Shown: positions 1 through 10,221, numbered from the stretch's first letter. The stretch: 64,000 bases of DNA from Candidatus Babeliales bacterium (GCA_963762115.1 CAVXJH010000006.1:32001-96000); one strand, 5' to 3'. Program-made: numbers and translations. The notes: a model not told the origin generated them from the sequence alone.

Positions 1-190
1 GTGTTGAGAGAAATTTATAAATATTATTCCGGTAGCGAGACGGGTACCCGGAATTTTGATGCTGAAGGCATCAATAATGGAGTGGTCCGCATTCGAGCGA
101 GAGGTTAGATCCAACGGAACGTTGGGGCCCTTGTATCAAATGTATTGGGCAAACAATACATTTGTGTCTGGCCGACATGAGGCCTTAGTA
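1..190 (+). ncRNA. Candidate structured non-coding RNA (probably a 3' part, truncated by window edge)
   Basis: GC-richer than flanks, no long ORF, successive hairpins: attccgg..ccggaat, gatgc-tgaag-gcatc, ccaac-ggaac-gttgg, caaatgtattg-ggcaaa-caatacatttg, ggcc-gacatga-ggcc; no family recognised. Confidence 0.4.
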
Positions 191-234
191 ATAAAAATCA
201 TAAAAAAGTGAAACAATTTTCTTGTTTAAACGAG

Positions 235-1245
235 CTATTTTATAAAATCCTTTTCTTTGATCGCCAAAGGATCTTCAAATGCCCTTGGATCACCCTTTGC
301 TTTCAGCAGCTTTATTCGTTCCTTAAGTCGCTTAATACGAACAGTTGGATGAGGATGAGAATGCGCTCGAGAATCCTTGTCATAAAATTTTGTATGTAAA
401 AGATAGTGATCTTTTAAACGATTTTTAAATGCTTTTAAAAGATGAATGTTATCCGCTATGGCAGAATCTGCCCTTGATTCTCTATATTGTGAATACCGAA
501 ATGCTCCTTCTCGAGCAACAGACTCAGGCCCTACGATCGTTGTAAAAAAAATAAAAATTGGCCAAGAAACTTTTTTGCATTTCAATAATAAAGCGAATGG
601 GCTCAACATAACCCCAACTGCTAATCCATAGTATAATTCTTTTTCATATATAAAATTTCCGTTATCATACCATAAATGATAACGATCACCATTAAGAATA
701 TGTCCTCCCTCATGATGTACTACCGCTGCAGCCTGTTTTAAATACTCATCAGTTGATTTTTTAATTGACTGCTCCTGTTCGTCACCATAGAAAAATGTCT
801 TTATTTTTGAAAAAAACGACGGAACATATTTTTGACGCACAAGACATTCTTTAAGGCGATCATGTTCTGCCACTGATATAATTTTTTTTCCTTCTTGAGC
901 TGAACCACCCCAACGCCGTGCCTTTATAATGTGTAAAGATTCCTGATCTTTAAGGCCACATGCAGCTAATTGTTGCCGAATAAATTGTTCAACAAGAGGG
1001 TCAACTTCTATAACAGAATCTAAAACTGGTTTTTGCTCAAAAAGATCTTCCTTATTAGATAAAAATCCCGCTAAGGCAATGCCTGTACCCACGCCTGCCA
1101 CGATTCGCCCCCAGGATTGAATTCGGGCCATCTTTGACCCTACAACAATCTGCTTTAAGTGATTAGTGCTATGCTGCATCCCTAGAATGGAGCCTGATAG
1201 GTGAAATATACTATAAATCGTTATTATAAAATAATGTTTAAACAT
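235..1245 (-). CDS. Secreted M48/HtpX-like zinc metallopeptidase
   Basis: Signal peptide, HEXXH (HHEGGH), downstream ESRAD and HPHPTVRI motifs. Confidence 0.7.
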   Translation of the reverse strand: MFKHYFIITIYSIFHLSGSILGMQHSTNHLKQIVVGSKMARIQSWGRIVAGVGTGIALAGFLSNKEDLFEQKPVLDSVIEVDPLVEQFIRQQLAACGLKDQESLHIIKARRWGGSAQEGKKIISVAEHDRLKECLVRQKYVPSFFSKIKTFFYGDEQEQSIKKSTDEYLKQAAAVVHHEGGHILNGDRYHLWYDNGNFIYEKELYYGLAVGVMLSPFALLLKCKKVSWPIFIFFTTIVGPESVAREGAFRYSQYRESRADSAIADNIHLLKAFKNRLKDHYLLHTKFYDKDSRAHSHPHPTVRIKRLKERIKLLKAKGDPRAFEDPLAIKEKDFIK

Positions 1246-1399
1246 AATGCATCTTGTATGAGTTTAAATAAAAATCGCTAACACTCTATTGTTTTGTGAA
1301 AAAATAGTATTGTCAAATTGCAACTTCATCAAGATTCCAGACTCATAGCGCGCTACCAAAATATTTTATAACTATTTTTATTTTTGTTGATCAAAAAAC

Positions 1400-1464
1400 T
1401 TGCAAATATATAGTCAAATATCCTATATTAAGTCCAAAGGTAAGACAAATCCTTACCTTTGGAC
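1400..1464 (+). promoter_or_regulatory. abiE promoter and inverted-repeat operator
   Basis: TTGCAA-18 nt-TATATT followed by perfect 13-bp inverted repeat GTCCAAAGGTAAG-7 nt-CTTACCTTTGGAC (1432-1464). Confidence 0.65.
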
Positions 1465-1485
1465 CATATAATGAATAGAAGGCTC

Positions 1486-2094
1486 ATGGAAAAAAAGATT
1501 GTAAAAGGTTTTATAAAAGATTTATTCAAATCATCAAAGACTGTTTTTTCGTTTAAAGATCTTTGTCTTTTATGGGGAAATGCTGATCCTAAAACCATAA
1601 AATCACGCATAAATTACTATGTAAAACATGGGGATCTCTATCATATTCGTCGTGGTTATTATGCCAAGGATAAAAATTATGATCGCCTTGAATTCGCTAC
1701 CAAAATTTTCACTCCTGCCTATATAAGCTTTGAAACAGTTCTTGCACAAGCAGGTATTATTTTTCAATATTACCATGAAATTTTTGTGGCTTCATATAAG
1801 TCAAAAAGTATCATCTGCGATAACCAAATCTATACTTTTAAATCTATTAAATCAGTGATTCTCACCAATTCTGCCGGCATTGAAATTAAAGAACATTATT
1901 CTATTGCCTCCCCGGAAAGAGCTTTTTTAGACATTATTTATTTGAACACTAGTTATCATTTCGATAACCTTTCTCCCTTGAATTGGCACAAAGTATATGA
2001 AATTTTGCCTATTTATGAGAATAATAAACGAATGAAAAAAATGGTCGAAATGTATCATAATTTCTATAAATCTGAATTAGGAGAAAAAGTATGA
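1486..2094 (+). CDS. abiEi: Type IV TA antitoxin, AbiEi family
   Basis: N-terminal wHTH (LYHIRRGYY), PAYISFETVL and ASPERAFLD motifs; ATGA overlap with nucleotidyltransferase gene; start could be 1471. Confidence 0.8.
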   Translation: MEKKIVKGFIKDLFKSSKTVFSFKDLCLLWGNADPKTIKSRINYYVKHGDLYHIRRGYYAKDKNYDRLEFATKIFTPAYISFETVLAQAGIIFQYYHEIFVASYKSKSIICDNQIYTFKSIKSVILTNSAGIEIKEHYSIASPERAFLDIIYLNTSYHFDNLSPLNWHKVYEILPIYENNKRMKKMVEMYHNFYKSELGEKV

Positions 2095-2783
2095 CTATTG
2101 ATAATGCTCAACATAAAAATATCCTTATCAGAATACTCAAAGATATTTTCACCAATCCTAGCTTGGGTCCAACATTAGGCTTCAAAGGTGGAACAGCTGC
2201 CATGTTATTTTATGGTTTAAATCGCTTTTCTGTTGATTTAGATTTTGATCTTTTGGACATAACCAAAGAAGATCATATCATTAATGAACTTAAAAAAATC
2301 TTAGAAAAATATGGCACAATAAAAGAAGCCAACAAAAAAAGATATACCATTTTTTTCTTACTTTCTTATGATCAAAAAGTAAAAAATGGCCAGAATATTA
2401 AAGTTGAAATCAATAAAAGAAATTTTGGATCAAAATATGACATCAAAGAATATCTTGGGATATCGATGAAAATAATGACACGCGAAGATATGGCCGCCCA
2501 TAAACTTGTTGCCATGCATGAAAGAATTGGAAAAACAAATCGCGATATTTTTGATGTTTATTACTTTTTAAGCAATAATTGGCCAATCAATAAACTCATC
2601 GTTGAACAAAGAACTAGCATGAAATATCAAGATTTTTTGCAAATTTGTATTTATGAACTAGAGGAAATGAGCAATCAAAATATTCTTTCAGGTATTGGTG
2701 AACTTTTAGATGAAAAGCAAAAGGCATGGGCAAAAACAAACCTTAAAAAAGAAACTATTTTTTTGCTTAAACTAGCTATTTAA
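2091..2783 (+). CDS. abiEii: Type IV TA toxin, AbiEii nucleotidyltransferase
   Basis: FKGGTA, RFSVDLDF, KL, RDIFD motifs. Confidence 0.9.
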   Translation: MTIDNAQHKNILIRILKDIFTNPSLGPTLGFKGGTAAMLFYGLNRFSVDLDFDLLDITKEDHIINELKKILEKYGTIKEANKKRYTIFFLLSYDQKVKNGQNIKVEINKRNFGSKYDIKEYLGISMKIMTREDMAAHKLVAMHERIGKTNRDIFDVYYFLSNNWPINKLIVEQRTSMKYQDFLQICIYELEEMSNQNILSGIGELLDEKQKAWAKTNLKKETIFLLKLAI

Positions 2784-3816
2784 TCTGCCCATCTTCTTTA
2801 GCCGCCAAAGGATCTTCAAATGCTTTTGGATTACTCTTTTCTTTAAGCGCTTTTATGCGTTTTTTAACACGTTTAATTTCTACTTTATGGTGAGGATGAG
2901 TATCGAAAGCACGATGCAATAATTTTTCATAACCAACATCATGCACTTGATTTACGATCAACGTTGTTTTGAAATATCTTTTTGCAGCACTTAAAATTTC
3001 AATGTTGTCTTGTATATTGTCATCTGCCTGTTGTTCAATAAATCGGGAATAGGCAGAAAATCCTAATCCATTCAGACAGCCTTTGAATAGTCCATCCGGA
3101 ATTTTAATAGCTTGTTTAATCCAATAATTATTAAATCTAAGAAACTTTTTTTTAAAACCAAAACTCAAAAGCTCAGTTGCCAAAAGAGTGGCTAATCCTG
3201 CCATTGTCCGTCTATTTCTATCGTGATTAATAATATGCCCAGCTTCATGATGCAATATACCAGCGACTTCATTAAGATATTCTTCACAATCCATTGTTAC
3301 ATTACATTTTTTAAAGTTTAGCGTTATAGTACTCTTCAAAAAATCCTCTAAATTTGAAGACTTAATTTCCAATACATGCTTAAGATCATCTTGCTGAGAC
3401 ACAAAAATCCATTGATAATTATTGGTTGTTATTGCAGCCCACCTATTGGTGAACTTTCCGGCCCAATTTCCGGTTTGTTTAATTTTTAATGAATCTTGAT
3501 TAGTAAGCCCAGCCAATTTTAATTGTTCCCGTGCAAATTGCTCTACAATTGGATCAACATCAGGCGCCTTCTCAAATTCCGATTCACTTGTGGCTAAAAC
3601 CTTAATCCCCTCAGAAAATGGATATAAAGCAAACCCATAATTCGCCAAGGTACATCCCCCGGCAAAGCCAGTGGCGACTGCCGTCTTCCAACCAAAATTT
3701 TGTTTGCATTGTTGATAGCGTTTTTTAAAGGCACCCATAGCATGTACTTTTTCAGGCATGCATAATAATGCCACCATGCTCAACACAAAAAACATACTAA
3801 ATTTTTTTCTTACCAT
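2776..3816 (-). CDS. Secreted M48-like metallopeptidase, paralog of 235..1245
   Basis: HHEAGH, EQQAD, HPHH; shared C-terminus AFEDPLA; RBS AGGGGA before ATG 3816. Confidence 0.7.
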   Translation of the reverse strand: MVRKKFSMFFVLSMVALLCMPEKVHAMGAFKKRYQQCKQNFGWKTAVATGFAGGCTLANYGFALYPFSEGIKVLATSESEFEKAPDVDPIVEQFAREQLKLAGLTNQDSLKIKQTGNWAGKFTNRWAAITTNNYQWIFVSQQDDLKHVLEIKSSNLEDFLKSTITLNFKKCNVTMDCEEYLNEVAGILHHEAGHIINHDRNRRTMAGLATLLATELLSFGFKKKFLRFNNYWIKQAIKIPDGLFKGCLNGLGFSAYSRFIEQQADDNIQDNIEILSAAKRYFKTTLIVNQVHDVGYEKLLHRAFDTHPHHKVEIKRVKKRIKALKEKSNPKAFEDPLAAKEDGQIK

Positions 3817-4110
3817 AATTCCCCTAATTGTTTCTATTTTGCTTAATTTTATCATAAGATTAGTATTTCATAAATCAATTAAATTGTCAAAATGAAAATA
3901 AACAGAGGTGGCAAGGCCAATTTTTTGTACTCTTTAGCCTGTTTTTAATGCGACAGGGCCCTAAACGAGCGGATTAGATGAAATTTATTGAATTTACCGG
4001 CGAAATGTTTCCATTTGACAAGAATAAAAAACCCAGTACAATTAGAAATAATACAGTGTTATAACCATACTATCACATTTCTATCTAACATTACAAAGGA
4101 GTTTGAAACC

Positions 4111-4785
4111 ATGTCATCAATGACAGAATTAAGAGTTAAAGAGCTTTTACGAGAAAAAGGCTGGACAACAAAGATTTTAGCTGAAAAAACAGGTATGTCC
4201 GAGAGTTATTTGACTCACATAAAAAATGGTACCCGTCGTTGGAATGAAGATTCCTTACGTAAATTAGCAAATGCCTTTGAAATTAGCCCTATTGATTTAT
4301 TTGCGCAACGCCGTAAACGTACTGATAACATTGATAGCAATGTAAGCATGCCAGAAAAATCAGAAGTTGATTTGAAAGTACAAATTATCCCCGTTGTTGG
4401 CGAAATTCCTTCAAACCCATCACCATACAACAACCAATTAATGCAAATTACCAGCGGTCACAAAGATGAATTTATTCCTGTGTTGAATACAACCGATGCA
4501 GCTATGTTCGCTTTGGGAATTGACAATAACTTAATGTCACCAACCTTTATTAAAGGTGATATCGTTATTATTTCTCCTGAAGTATGGACCCGCTCTGGTG
4601 ATATTGCTGCTGTTGAATATGGCAATGATGCTCCGGTAAAAGCAATTATGCAAATAACCTACACAGAAGATTTTATTGTTTTAGAAGCAGTAAATCACAA
4701 AAGTCCGCCAATCGCTTTGGTTCGCGGTAAAGATCATTTCAGAATTATTGGTCGCGTTATTCAACGCCATCAACGTTTTGTATAA
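4111..4785 (+). CDS. XRE-family HTH regulator with S24 (LexA/CI-like) C-terminal domain
   Basis: Cro/CI HTH (LAEKTGMSESYLTHIKNG), IPVVG, MSPTFIKGDIVII, IIGRV; RBS AAGGAG. Confidence 0.85.
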   Translation: MSSMTELRVKELLREKGWTTKILAEKTGMSESYLTHIKNGTRRWNEDSLRKLANAFEISPIDLFAQRRKRTDNIDSNVSMPEKSEVDLKVQIIPVVGEIPSNPSPYNNQLMQITSGHKDEFIPVLNTTDAAMFALGIDNNLMSPTFIKGDIVIISPEVWTRSGDIAAVEYGNDAPVKAIMQITYTEDFIVLEAVNHKSPPIALVRGKDHFRIIGRVIQRHQRFV

Positions 4786-4811
4786 TCTGTATCATTTGAA
4801 TTAAATTTAAA

Positions 4812-4857
4812 AAATGTACCAGAAAAGCTATTCTTTTTTAGCTTTTCTGGTACATTT
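4812..4857 (+). terminator. Hairpin/terminator after the regulator gene
   Basis: AAATGTACCAGAAAAGCTA..TAGCTTTTCTGGTACATTT inverted repeat. Confidence 0.6.
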
Positions 4858-4971
4858 GATATTGTCGACGTTAGTGCTCGCTTGTACTAAATAAAACACG
4901 TTATTGTCATTGTTTTATAGTGTTTTTTTAAACACTTCCAGTTAGTAGTTCTTATAAAGGGCATAAGTATT

Positions 4972-5454
4972 ATGGTACGTTACGAAACGTTAATGCTAGC
5001 TATTCCTGAGATTACCAAAGATGAAATGTCATCATTGGAAACTCAAGTTAGCCAAGTTATCAAAAAATCAAAGGGATCATTAATCTCTTTTGAACGATGG
5101 GGAAAATACCGTTTGGCATATCCTATCAGAAAAAATGATTATGGTGTTTACTTCTTGACTCGCTTTGAAGTTAACAGTGCTGAAGCAAAAGCATTAGTTA
5201 AAGACATCGACGAGCTTTTTGCTTTTAAAAAAGCTGATGTTATTATGCGCAGCATGACCACTCATTTAGAGCCAAACCAATCATTGGCATACCAAAAACC
5301 TGAATCATTAGAAGATAGTCCTTCACGCGATGTTGATTCATTCTTACGTGAAAATAAGATGGAAGGTTTGTTGTCGAGGGAACATGGTTCATCAGCCCAA
5401 GCTTCAAACGATGAAGAAGATATGGATCATCATGATACGCAAGATCAAGATTAA
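4972..5454 (+). CDS. rpsF: 30S ribosomal protein S6 with acidic C-terminal extension
   Basis: RYETL, WGKYRLAYPIRK, GVY motifs. Confidence 0.95.
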   Translation: MVRYETLMLAIPEITKDEMSSLETQVSQVIKKSKGSLISFERWGKYRLAYPIRKNDYGVYFLTRFEVNSAEAKALVKDIDELFAFKKADVIMRSMTTHLEPNQSLAYQKPESLEDSPSRDVDSFLRENKMEGLLSREHGSSAQASNDEEDMDHHDTQDQD

Positions 5455-5468
5455 GTTAGGATTTAGGT

Positions 5469-5762
5469 ATGTCTAAAAAAGTTGCAAAATTAAGAATCAG
5501 TTCACGTTTACTGAAAAAAAAGAGTCGCCGCAGAAGTTCTTTAAGCGCCCCTAAACAATGCCGTTTTTGTGGTAGCAAAGATCAATTAAGCGCTCTTGAT
5601 TATAAAAACGTTTCAATGTTAAAAAGCTTCTTGACTGAACGAGGAAAAATTCTTCCTTCTCGCATCTCAGGTACCTGCAATCGTCATCAACGAATTGTTT
5701 CTCATATGATTAAAAAATCAAGAGTTATGGCGTTGATTCCGTATTGCTCACCAAGCATGTAA
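5469..5762 (+). CDS. rpsR: 30S ribosomal protein S18 (Zn-binding type)
   Basis: CRFC, DYKN, ERGKILPSRISGTC..HQR. Confidence 0.97.
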   Translation: MSKKVAKLRISSRLLKKKSRRRSSLSAPKQCRFCGSKDQLSALDYKNVSMLKSFLTERGKILPSRISGTCNRHQRIVSHMIKKSRVMALIPYCSPSM

Positions 5763-5771
5763 CAAGTAACC

Positions 5772-5840
5772 AAAATAGTTTTAAGATGAATACTTATATA
5801 GGTTAAATCATAGTAAGTTTCGTCTTAAAACTATTTTTTG
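5772..5840 (+). terminator. Long hairpin after rpsR
   Basis: AAAATAGTTTTAAGATGAA..TTCGTCTTAAAACTATTTT. Confidence 0.55.
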
Positions 5841-5883
5841 ATAGAACTAAATTGGGTATAAAAAAGTGGCTTTTTACAAAGAA

Positions 5884-6085
5884 AATGTCATTGCGAGGCA
5901 CATTGTGCCGTGGCAACCCAGATTATAATGTTCTAATAAATGAATTTCTAACGAAAACGACCTGCTTCTTTATCTTATAATCAGTAACTGCCAGATTGTA
6001 GGTTTTTAATATGCTTATAGAATGAAAACAAAATTAAATTTTATATACTGGGTTGCCACGGCACAATGTGCCTCGCAATGACATT
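5884..6085. mobile_element. MITE / Rickettsia-palindromic-element-like repeat, complete copy
   Basis: Perfect 38-bp terminal inverted repeats AATGTCATTGCGAGGCACATTGTGCCGTGGCAACCCAG; related copies elsewhere in window. Confidence 0.8.
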
Positions 6086-6273
6086 CTCAGGTCACTATCT
6101 CAGTAGTATGATAAAAAAAGTAGTTAGCACTCTTGGAAATTCACCATAGACAGTATTTTTTAGCTATTTTTACTGGACTTTTTTTCAAAATAGTTTACAA
6201 TAAGAAATAAACAGGGTCTTGCTTACGGTCGTAATCAGACTCATTTAATAACAAATTTAACTGTGTGTGCGGA

Positions 6274-8071
6274 ATGACTATGAATAGAAGATCAAATCTA
6301 CGAAACATTGCTATCATCGCTCACGTTGACCATGGCAAAACAACCTTAGTTGATAAACTATTGCGTCAATCGGGAACGGTAACTGATGTCTCGGATCGCC
6401 TTATGGACTCAAATGCCTTGGAAAAAGAACGTGGTATCACCATTTTGGCAAAAAATACTGGTATAACCTATGGCGACTACACTATTAATATTGTAGATAC
6501 TCCTGGTCACAGTGACTTTGGTGGTGAAGTTGAACGAACCTTGCAAATGGTTGAAGGCTTTTTACTCTTGGTTGATGCCGCTGAAGGCGTTTTACCAGGA
6601 ACACGATTCGTATTGCGAAAAGCCCTTGAACTTAACTTAAAACCCTTAGTGCTCATCAATAAAATTGATCGTAAAGATGCTGATATTGCAGGCACTGAAA
6701 GATTAATTCAAGATTTATTCCTTGATTTAGCACAAGATGAATCTCAACTTGAATTCCCTATTTTATACGGATCATCAAGAATGGGATTTGCTAATTTTGA
6801 TTCAACACTCATGTCGGGTGATATGAAACCTTTATTTGAAGCAATTATCAAAACGGTTCCTGCTCCTGTTGCAAAAAATGATCACTTGCAAATTTTAGTA
6901 ACCAGCTTAGATCACTCTGATTTCTTAGGGCCTATTGCTATTGGTCGTGTTTTTAGTGGTTCACTTGAACTTGGCCAACAATTCATCTGTTGCAAAGAAG
7001 ATTTTGTCAGCAAGACTATGAAAGTAACCAAATTATATACCTTCCAAGGGTTACATCGCATAGAAACACAAAAAGTTGAATTTGGCGATATCATTGCTAT
7101 GACAGGATTCACTGAACCTGTTACCATTGGTACCACCATCTGTGAAGTTGGTCATCCTCTACCTTATCCTTATGTTATGATTGATGAACCAACACTCTCT
7201 ATGTATTTTTCCGTAAACGATTCGCCCTTTACTGGTCGTGATGGAAAATTATTAACCTCACGTCAAATTAAAGATCGCTTAGAAAAAGAATTAAAAACAA
7301 ACGTTGCTTTACGTGTTGATCCAACCGAATCAGCTGAAAAGTTTAAAGTTTCTGGTCGCGGACAATTGCATCTTGGTATTTTAGTTGAAAATATGCGTCG
7401 CGAAGGCTTTGAATTACAACTTTCTGCACCTGAAGTTATTTATAAAACCATTGATGGTGTCAAATGTGAACCAATCGAATACTTAGTAATCGATATTATG
7501 GAAGAGCATCAAGGCATTGTTATGGAAAGATTGGGTAAGAAAAAAGCTGAAATGAAAAACATTCACCATTATGAAAATGGCAGAATGCGCCTTGAATTTG
7601 AAATTCCTTCACGTGGATTACTTGGTTTCAGAAGTCAATTCTTAACCGATACACGCGGAACAGGTTTAGCAAACTTCAACTTTCAAGGATATCAACCTTA
7701 TAAAGGCGATATTCCAACCAGAACAAAAGGTGCCTTAGTTTCAATGGAAACAGGACGCTTCAACCGGTTTTGCCTTAGACAATTTACAAGCTCGTGGCAC
7801 GCTCTTTATCAAACCTGGCGAAAACTTGTATGAAGGTATGATCATTGGTGAAAATAGCCGTGAAGGTGATATGGATGTGAATCCATGCAAGCAAAAGAAG
7901 CTTACCAACATGCGTGCATCAGGAACTGATGAAATGATTAAGCTAACACCACCTCGTCCTATGGAACTGGAAACGTGTATGGAATGGATTATGCCCGATG
8001 AATTGATTGAGGTTACTCCCCATGACATTCGTCTTCGCAAAAAAATTCTTAAGGCGAACCTTAGAAAATAA
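6274..8071 (+). pseudogene. typA: Translational GTPase TypA/BipA, split by a 1-nt insertion near 7756 (real lesion or sequencing error)
   Basis: AHVDHGKTT, DTPGH, NKID, GRGQLHL; removing one base restores [27 protein letters not shown] and the C-terminal domain. Confidence 0.9.
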
Positions 8072-8074
8072 CAC

Positions 8075-8812
8075 GTGAAAACGTATAAAATTATTATTGC
8101 CTATCAAGGCACTCAGTATGCAGGTTGGCAAATACAACAACATGAATATGCAATAGCCAACCTGTTACAAGATCGCTTCTTTACCGTTTTTAACAAAAAA
8201 ATTCACCTAAGCGCTGCTTCACGCACTGATGCTGGTGTTCATGCACACGGTCAAGTTGCCACTTTTAACGTTGATCTTGCTATTCCTGCAGAAAAATTAC
8301 GTTTTGCATGGAATAATGTTTTACCAAAAGATGTTATCATTCGATCACTTGAAGAAGTTTCTTCTTCATTTAATCCCCGTTATGATGTTGCACAGAAAAC
8401 ATATTGGTATCATTTTTTTCTTGAACAACCGCTGCCCCCCTTTAATCAATATGGTTATTATATAAAACAACCGCTTGATCTGATTCTCCTTGATCAAGCA
8501 TTATCTCTTTTTGTTGGTGAACATGATTTTCGTGCGTTTGCCTCAGATGTCACGGGCAAAAACACCCTGCGCAAAATTGATAGTATCACCCGAGATTTCA
8601 ATGAACAGCTGCAAGCACACCGCATTATTGTAAAAGGCAAAAGTTTTTTACATTGCATGATTCGGCGCATTGTTGGCGCAAGCCTTAAGGTGGCACAAGG
8701 CAAAACGGATTGCGCTCAGGTACAACGCATTTTAGAAGCAAAAAATCCTAATCATGCATTGCCAAATGCCCCTGCTCATGGCCTCACACTAAAAGAAATT
8801 ATCTATAAATAA
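8075..8812 (+). CDS. truA: tRNA pseudouridine(38-40) synthase
   Basis: YQGTQYAGWQ, SRTDAGVHA, GEHDFRAF, APAHGL. Confidence 0.95.
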   Translation: MKTYKIIIAYQGTQYAGWQIQQHEYAIANLLQDRFFTVFNKKIHLSAASRTDAGVHAHGQVATFNVDLAIPAEKLRFAWNNVLPKDVIIRSLEEVSSSFNPRYDVAQKTYWYHFFLEQPLPPFNQYGYYIKQPLDLILLDQALSLFVGEHDFRAFASDVTGKNTLRKIDSITRDFNEQLQAHRIIVKGKSFLHCMIRRIVGASLKVAQGKTDCAQVQRILEAKNPNHALPNAPAHGLTLKEIIYK

Positions 8813-8870
8813 AAAAATAGATTTTTTTCTTATATGCCTTATAATCATTTAATCTTTTATATACTTTTTA

Positions 8871-8901
8871 CTGGATCCCCACGCTTCGCTCGGGAAGACA
8901 G
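8871..8901 (-). repeat. Divergent single arm of the palindromic repeat family
   Basis: Reverse complement reads CTGTCTTCCCGAGCGAAGCGTGGGGATCCAG, resembling GTCATTGCGAG..CGTGGCAACCCAG. Confidence 0.55.
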
Positions 8902-8920
8902 TCGAAAAAACAAGGACAAC

Positions 8921-10003
8921 ATGAAATATAAAAATATAATCCAAAATCACCTCCTAGCAGCACTTCTCATCATCAACATAAATTCATGTTTGAGCATGGA
9001 CTATATCAAAGAATGTGCACATGAACTCAAAGATAATGCTCGTGAATTTTCTCATACTACTCAAGACTTTTGGAAAAATGCCAATCTCCTAACAAAAACT
9101 GCTGTTGTTTTAGGTGTAAGTGGAGCTAGTGGCTATATTCTTTTGAATGAATGGAGAAATCGTTGGAACAAAGCACGCATTAAAGAATTAGAAGAAACAG
9201 AACTTGTTGTCGGAGCAATAGCATATGGCGGATTTAATAGTTCTCGTGATAAAATATTAGAAAAAATTCACGAAGATAAGCAAACAAATAAAAACAATAC
9301 GAGAGAAATGCTTTTTGAAGGCAATCTAGGAGTAGGTGATCATCATCCAAAAACTCGCACTTTCTTGACGAAACAAATAAACGAAAAGTTTTTTGGTTAT
9401 GGAGAAGCACCTGGATATTTGTTACAAGAAAAAAGTAATGAACTTGAAAAACATATGGCAATACTGTTAATTGCTTTATGCGATATTCATCCAAATGATT
9501 CGATATTAACAAGTTTGAAATATGCAAGGTACCCCGAAAAATTTTCAAGAGATGAAATAAAAAATACAAATAATACAGTACCAACAATCATACGTATATT
9601 AAAAGAAAAGTTTAGCAGAACAGTCTTTGAAAAAGAAAATCTCTCAGATGACGAGCAAAACAACACCAATAACAATTCTGAAGAAGAAGAAGAAGAAGAA
9701 GACGATAATAAAAACTATGGAGGTCCATGGGATACAACAATACAAAACAGCGAAGACGAAGAAACCGAACAAGAAATTGCCATGGATCCATTCAGGGCTC
9801 TTGAAGATAGAGTTGCCCATGACGCCTCAGACTATGAAACAAATGAATATTACGAAGAATTGCGAACACAGGCTTGGAATAGCATAGCATGGAATAAACA
9901 TAGTTATACAGTCGAAATAGCAACTAGAGTTTGCAATAAACTAATAGCAGAAGCAGAAAACAAAGCGGCCTTACGAAAACGAGAAAAACATCTTTTAGCG
10001 TAA
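8921..10003 (+). CDS. Secreted hypothetical protein with acidic low-complexity tract
   Basis: Long ORF, RBS AAGGA, signal peptide ending CLS-MD, poly-E/D region. Confidence 0.7.
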   Translation: MKYKNIIQNHLLAALLIININSCLSMDYIKECAHELKDNAREFSHTTQDFWKNANLLTKTAVVLGVSGASGYILLNEWRNRWNKARIKELEETELVVGAIAYGGFNSSRDKILEKIHEDKQTNKNNTREMLFEGNLGVGDHHPKTRTFLTKQINEKFFGYGEAPGYLLQEKSNELEKHMAILLIALCDIHPNDSILTSLKYARYPEKFSRDEIKNTNNTVPTIIRILKEKFSRTVFEKENLSDDEQNNTNNNSEEEEEEEDDNKNYGGPWDTTIQNSEDEETEQEIAMDPFRALEDRVAHDASDYETNEYYEELRTQAWNSIAWNKHSYTVEIATRVCNKLIAEAENKAALRKREKHLLA

Positions 10004-10017
10004 ATATACATAACATA

Positions 10018-10049
10018 AAAAGTGGGGGGTCATGTGACCTCCGCTTTTT
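10018..10049 (+). terminator. Rho-independent terminator
   Basis: AAAAGTGGGGGGTCA-TG-TGACCTCCGCTTTTT. Confidence 0.6.
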
Positions 10050-10187
10050 GGTTTTTAATTATCGCGTCGCTCTTAGAAAGAACCTATTGTGCCCAGGCAC
10101 AAGACAAAAATCCCTAATTATGCAGTGCCCAATGCCCCTGCCGATCGCCTCATCCTTAATGAAATTAAATATAAATAATCAAACACA

Positions 10188-10221
10188 TAGAAGGAGATCA
10201 AAATATTTTGATCTCCTTCTA
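10188..10221. terminator. Perfect palindrome, probable terminator of the ankyrin gene
   Basis: TAGAAGGAGATCAAAATATTTTGATCTCCTTCTA. Confidence 0.6.

Noticed and set aside
3988..4785. Prophage marked by a CI-like repressor
   Set aside because: No phage structural, replication or integrase genes nearby; flanked by ribosomal protein genes.
7741..7770. Programmed ribosomal frameshift in typA
   Set aside because: No slippery heptamer or stimulatory structure seen, and I know of no precedent for this gene.
8834..8920. N-terminal extension of the 8834 ORF containing a repeat-derived peptide (TGSPRFARED)
   Set aside because: Better RBS and signal peptide at ATG 8921; the palindromic arm is probably intergenic rather than an in-frame insertion.
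10060..10160. GC-richer intergenic patch between two terminators
   Set aside because: No convincing stem set, ORF or second copy found; insufficient evidence for a feature.
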